Positions 30,400 to 33,956 of a stretch of DNA of 33,956 bases are shown here, one piece after another. The notes beneath the pieces were generated by a model. It was not told the origin of the DNA. It ran no database searches and saw only the letters and a list, made by a program, of their open reading frames with translations. The translations under genes and the position numbers were made by a program. Origin of the DNA: Actinomycetes bacterium (lineage in GTDB: Bacteria; Actinomycetota; Acidimicrobiia; Spongiisociales; UBA5794); assembly GCA_024640745.1 (NCBI GenBank), contig JAHEEL010000001.1:1-33956 (forward strand), written 5' to 3'. Every line of letters starts with the position of its first letter. Position 1 is the stretch's first letter.

Positions 30400-32061
30400 A
30401 TGCCCAAGGCCGTCCCATCAGCTCCGCTTGCCGGAGAGCGACTCCTGGTATGGCTCATGACAGTCCTCTCAGCCGCCGCGGCCGTCATGTACGTGCTGGC
30501 CGGCTGGCGGTCCGGCGATTGGAGTTTCGTGGCCGGAGCCATCGGTCCAGCCTTGGTCGCGGTGCTCGCCGCCCTCTCGGCCCGGCTCGGTCGCGGCCGG
30601 CTCCTCCCGGTGCTGATCGCCGCGTCCGTGGCGATCATCGCGGAGAACCAGCTGCTCCCGATCGAAGATATCGCGAACGCCTCGTTGGTTCCGCTGGCCG
30701 TCATCGGCGTTGCGGGGGCGTTCTTCGTACCTGCCCGCTGGGCAGTGCCCTACGCCACCGCATACGGGATCGCCATGTTCTCTACCCGTATCCCTTGGGC
30801 GCACAACGACACGAATCTCCTGCAGGCCACCATCGCTGCGGCCTCGGTGGTTGTCGGTGCGCTGTTCGCAGCGTGGATCCGGCGAGGCTACGACCGGCGC
30901 GGCGAGCGGTTCCGAAGCTTGTTCCAACATGCCCCGGTGTCAATGTGGCACGAGGACTTCACGGCGGTCGCGTCTGAGATCGATGTCCTGCGAAGCCAAG
31001 GTGTCGAGGATCTCGAGAGCTACCTCCGCTCGAATCCGGAAGAGGTCCGTCGGCTCGCGACCCTTGTGGAGGTCAAGGATGTCAACGACGCTGCCGTTCG
31101 TCTGAGCGATGCACCAGACCGCTCCGTGCTCATCGGCAGGTTCGGCATGGACACGTTCTCGCGGGGCTCGCTCGAATCGTTCATTCCGCAGTTCGTGGCG
31201 GTCGCGAACAACAGCGAAACCGTCACGACGGACCTCAACGGAGGACTAACCGTCACCGGCCGGCACATTGAAGCGCTTCTCGTCTGGAGTGCACCACGGC
31301 TCGGTGGCGTCCTCGACCTGACCGACGTGACGGTCGCGATCGTCGACATCACCCGTCAACGCGATGCCGAGCGGAAGCTCCAAAGCCTCGTAGATAGCAA
31401 GGACCAACTCGTTGCGACCATTTCTCACGAGATCCGAACGCCGCTCACTGCCGTCGTCGGGATCGCGGAGGAGCTACGAAACCCGCTGAGCACCATCGAC
31501 GAAGCGGAGCGCGCCGAGCTGCTCGGGCTCGTAGCCGACCAGAGCATCGAGGTTTCCCACATCGTCGACGACCTCCTCGTCGTCGCTCGTTCGGACGCCG
31601 GGAAACTGGCGGTCGATCCTCGCCCGTTGCGGCTCTCCGACGAGACGCCGGCCGTCGTGCGCACCGTCGACGCGAGCATCCCCGTTGAGATCGAGGCGGA
31701 GGCCGTCGTCGTTGCCGATCCCAAGCGTATTCGACAGATCATCCGCAATCTCATCACCAACGCACAGCGGTATGGCGGCCCACACATTCGCGTCGTCGTC
31801 AAACAGGAAGGCTCCCGCAGCGTTGTCGAGGTGCGAGACAACGGCGCCGCGCTGCCGCCCTCCGGGCGGGCCAGAATCTTCGAACCGTATGGCCGCGCCG
31901 AGGCGGGCGAAGTGCTCGAGGCATCCGTCGGTCTCGGATTGACCGTGTCGCGTCGGCTTGCGCGACACATGGGCGGCGATCTCACCTACGAGCACGACGG
32001 GCGCGAAGCCATCTTCGCGCTGACGCTCTCGAGCGCGTCGCTCCCGGTGACCGTGCCCTAG
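30400..32061 (+). CDS. Membrane sensor histidine kinase (multi-TM N-terminus, PAS, HisKA, HATPase_c)
   Basis: PAS-like FRSLFQHAPVSMWHEDF. H-box ISHEIRTPLTAV, N-box NLITNAQRYGG, G1 DNGAALP, G2 GLGLTVSRRLA. No cognate response regulator is adjacent. Confidence 0.85.
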   Translation: MPKAVPSAPLAGERLLVWLMTVLSAAAAVMYVLAGWRSGDWSFVAGAIGPALVAVLAALSARLGRGRLLPVLIAASVAIIAENQLLPIEDIANASLVPLAVIGVAGAFFVPARWAVPYATAYGIAMFSTRIPWAHNDTNLLQATIAAASVVVGALFAAWIRRGYDRRGERFRSLFQHAPVSMWHEDFTAVASEIDVLRSQGVEDLESYLRSNPEEVRRLATLVEVKDVNDAAVRLSDAPDRSVLIGRFGMDTFSRGSLESFIPQFVAVANNSETVTTDLNGGLTVTGRHIEALLVWSAPRLGGVLDLTDVTVAIVDITRQRDAERKLQSLVDSKDQLVATISHEIRTPLTAVVGIAEELRNPLSTIDEAERAELLGLVADQSIEVSHIVDDLLVVARSDAGKLAVDPRPLRLSDETPAVVRTVDASIPVEIEAEAVVVADPKRIRQIIRNLITNAQRYGGPHIRVVVKQEGSRSVVEVRDNGAALPPSGRARIFEPYGRAEAGEVLEASVGLGLTVSRRLARHMGGDLTYEHDGREAIFALTLSSASLPVTVP

Positions 32062-32106
32062 CACCGCGCCGCATCAACGCGATGGCTCAACCCGGCAGCG
32101 CCCGTC

Positions 32107-33813
32107 TCAGTCGCCTGCCGGTCGATACGGCAGATACTCCGGCGTCCACATCACGTCGTCGATGGCCTCTTCGAGCGAATCGACCGGATCTGCCACGCCC
32201 TCGTCGATCGCCTCCTGCGCCACCGCGATCGCAACGGCGCGCGACACCGCACGAACGTCATCCATGTTGGGATAGATCTGACCCACGGCGAGCAAGTCGC
32301 TGCCGACCTGATCGGCAAGGGCGTAGGCGCCGGCAAGGAACATCCGGTCGGTGATCTCGCGAGGCTTGATCGTGACGACGCCGAGGCCCATGCCGGGAAA
32401 GATGAAGACGTTGTTCGCCTGACCGATCCGGTGTTCGACACCGTCGTAGTCGACCGGCGCGAACGGGCTGCCGGTGGCGACGATCGCCCTGCCGTTGCTC
32501 CAACTCAGGGCCGCCTTCGGGGTCACCTCGGCGTTGCTCGTCGGGTTCGAGAGCGGGAGGATGATCGGTCGATCGATGTGCTGCGCCATCTCGGTGATCA
32601 CGTCTTCTCCGAACAAGCCCTGAGTGCCGGAGACGCCGATGAGGACCGTCGGCTTCACGTTCCGCACGACGTCCAGGAGCGACGGCAGCGGTGTGTGCTC
32701 GTCCCAATCGGCGATGTCCGCGACCGGCGTCGCCAGCCGCTGCTTGATATCGGTGAGGTTCCTCCTGTCCTCGAGGACGAGGCCGCGGCTGTCCAGGGCG
32801 TAGATGCGCGACCGGGCTTCATCGATATCCATGCCCCCGTCGGCCATCGCGTGGGCAATCTGCTCACGGATCCCGTAGCCGGCGGACCCGGCCCCTGCGA
32901 TCACGACCCGATGGTCGGTCAGCTTGCCGCCGCTGTGGCGCGTCGCGGCGATGAGGCCACCAACCACCATCGCAGCGGTTCCCTGGATGTCGTCGTTGAA
33001 CGACGGGAGGTAGCGCCGATACAGCTCGAGGTTGTGGAACGAGGTCCGGTTGGAGAAGTCCTCCCATTGGAGCAGGACGTCGGGGAAGACCTCCTTCACG
33101 GCGTGAACGAATTCCTCGATGAGCTGGTCGTATGCCTCTCCCCGCAGGCGAGTCTCCCGGTAGCCGAGATATAGCGGATCTTCGAGGAGCTCGGCGTTGT
33201 TCGTGCCCACGTCGATCGAGATCGGAATGCAGCGCGCCGGGCTGATGCCCGCCGCTGCCGTGTACAGCGCCAGCTTCCCAATCGGGATACCCATGCCGCC
33301 TGCGCCCTGATCCCCGAGCCCGAGAATGCGCTCGTTGTCGGTCACCACGATCACCGGCGGCTGCTCAACGGCCCGCGACAGTAGGAGATCTGCGATCCTC
33401 CCCCGATCGCGCGGGGTGATGTACATCCCGTGGGCCGACCGATAGAGCCTGCTCCAGTATTTGCAGGTCGACGCGACGGTGGGTGTGTAGATGATCGGAA
33501 CGACCTCTTGCAGATTGTCCATGACGAACCGGTAGAACAGCGTCTCGTTTCGGTCCATCAAGCTGCTGAGGTAGATGTTCTTGTCGAGATCGGAGACCTT
33601 GGCGTCCATCTGCGTGCGGACGCGGAGCAATTGCTCATCGAGCGTTGGGATGTGATCCGGGAGCAACCCGCGGAGGCCGAACGCCCGCCGCTCGTCGCGT
33701 GAGAATGCCGCCCCCTTGTTGAGGAACGGGTCGTGGAGCAGCGCGTCTCCCCGCTTCGTGACCGGCAGATACCGTTCGCCCGTCTCGTGGTCGACGAGAG
33801 GCCGGAAGTTCAT
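32107..33813 (-). CDS. maeA: NAD-dependent malic enzyme
   Basis: 568 aa, collinear with E. coli MaeA/SfcA: NKGAAFS..ERR.F.L.GLLP, IYTPTV, VVTDNERILGLGDQGAGGMGIPIGKL, FNDDIQGTAA, GAGSAG, PLSNPTS. AGGAGG lies upstream of the ATG at 33813. Confidence 0.92.
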   Translation of the reverse strand: MNFRPLVDHETGERYLPVTKRGDALLHDPFLNKGAAFSRDERRAFGLRGLLPDHIPTLDEQLLRVRTQMDAKVSDLDKNIYLSSLMDRNETLFYRFVMDNLQEVVPIIYTPTVASTCKYWSRLYRSAHGMYITPRDRGRIADLLLSRAVEQPPVIVVTDNERILGLGDQGAGGMGIPIGKLALYTAAAGISPARCIPISIDVGTNNAELLEDPLYLGYRETRLRGEAYDQLIEEFVHAVKEVFPDVLLQWEDFSNRTSFHNLELYRRYLPSFNDDIQGTAAMVVGGLIAATRHSGGKLTDHRVVIAGAGSAGYGIREQIAHAMADGGMDIDEARSRIYALDSRGLVLEDRRNLTDIKQRLATPVADIADWDEHTPLPSLLDVVRNVKPTVLIGVSGTQGLFGEDVITEMAQHIDRPIILPLSNPTSNAEVTPKAALSWSNGRAIVATGSPFAPVDYDGVEHRIGQANNVFIFPGMGLGVVTIKPREITDRMFLAGAYALADQVGSDLLAVGQIYPNMDDVRAVSRAVAIAVAQEAIDEGVADPVDSLEEAIDDVMWTPEYLPYRPAGD

Positions 33814-33956
33814 CTGTTCCTCCTGGATCGGCGCGTTGGACCGTATGCATCCAACATGGGCAGCATATTGAAAGGACGTTCACGCACGCAGGGCCGTTTG
33901 GCCGGTTCGGAGCACCGCCTCACCGACCGCATCGGTTAGCGTTCAGCCATGGCCGC

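Noticed and set aside
1-33956. Mobile genetic element, genomic island, prophage or defence island
   Set aside because: I found no integrase, transposase, recombinase, phage structural gene, restriction-modification gene or toxin-antitoxin signature. There are no flanking tRNA genes or long direct repeats, and no obvious compositional break. The window looks like core chromosome with a few orphan functions.
33949-33956. ATG at 33949 as the start of a divergent gene at the right edge
   Set aside because: Only 8 nt are available, so it cannot be supported.

Overview
High-GC bacterial chromosomal window. Gene content and GC3-biased codon usage look Actinomycetota-like, possibly Acidimicrobiia-like, but that is inference only. 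About 30 tightly packed CDSs can be supported, several in 4-nt overlapping operon pairs. I saw no rRNA, tRNA, CRISPR array, transposase, integrase or prophage module. All family assignments come from motif recognition by eye, with no searches run. Content in order: a B12-binding radical SAM protein; a DRG-like GTPase; a PfkB kinase fused to a QNG1/HhH-GPD-like glycosylase; small membrane proteins; an RRM protein plus IF-1 operon; a UMF1-type MFS transporter; an APC permease fused to USP domains; a NatAB-like ABC pump; a histidine kinase/OmpR-type two-component pair; a Thr-rich protein; a heterodimeric ABC exporter; a YjjI-type glycyl-radical enzyme with its YjjW-type activase; an L,D-transpeptidase; a VOC protein; a DUF1876 protein; a secreted M23 peptidase; a hypothetical protein; a degenerate histidine kinase; a 2TM protein; an M20 peptidase; a secreted hypothetical protein; a PAS histidine kinase; and NAD-malic enzyme. 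The strongest leads are: (1) the orphan short glycyl-radical enzyme and activase pair at 18810-21192; (2) the kinase-glycosylase fusion at 2613-4418, which suggests a one-polypeptide queuosine-type nucleoside salvage route; (3) a family of intergenic heptanucleotide (GTCTCGT-like) tandem arrays, two of them embedded in similar ~60-80 nt hairpins, at four loci; (4) a histidine-kinase-like protein lacking the phospho-acceptor His and the ATP-binding boxes; (5) a DRG-type GTPase with DLPP in place of the DxxG switch II motif.
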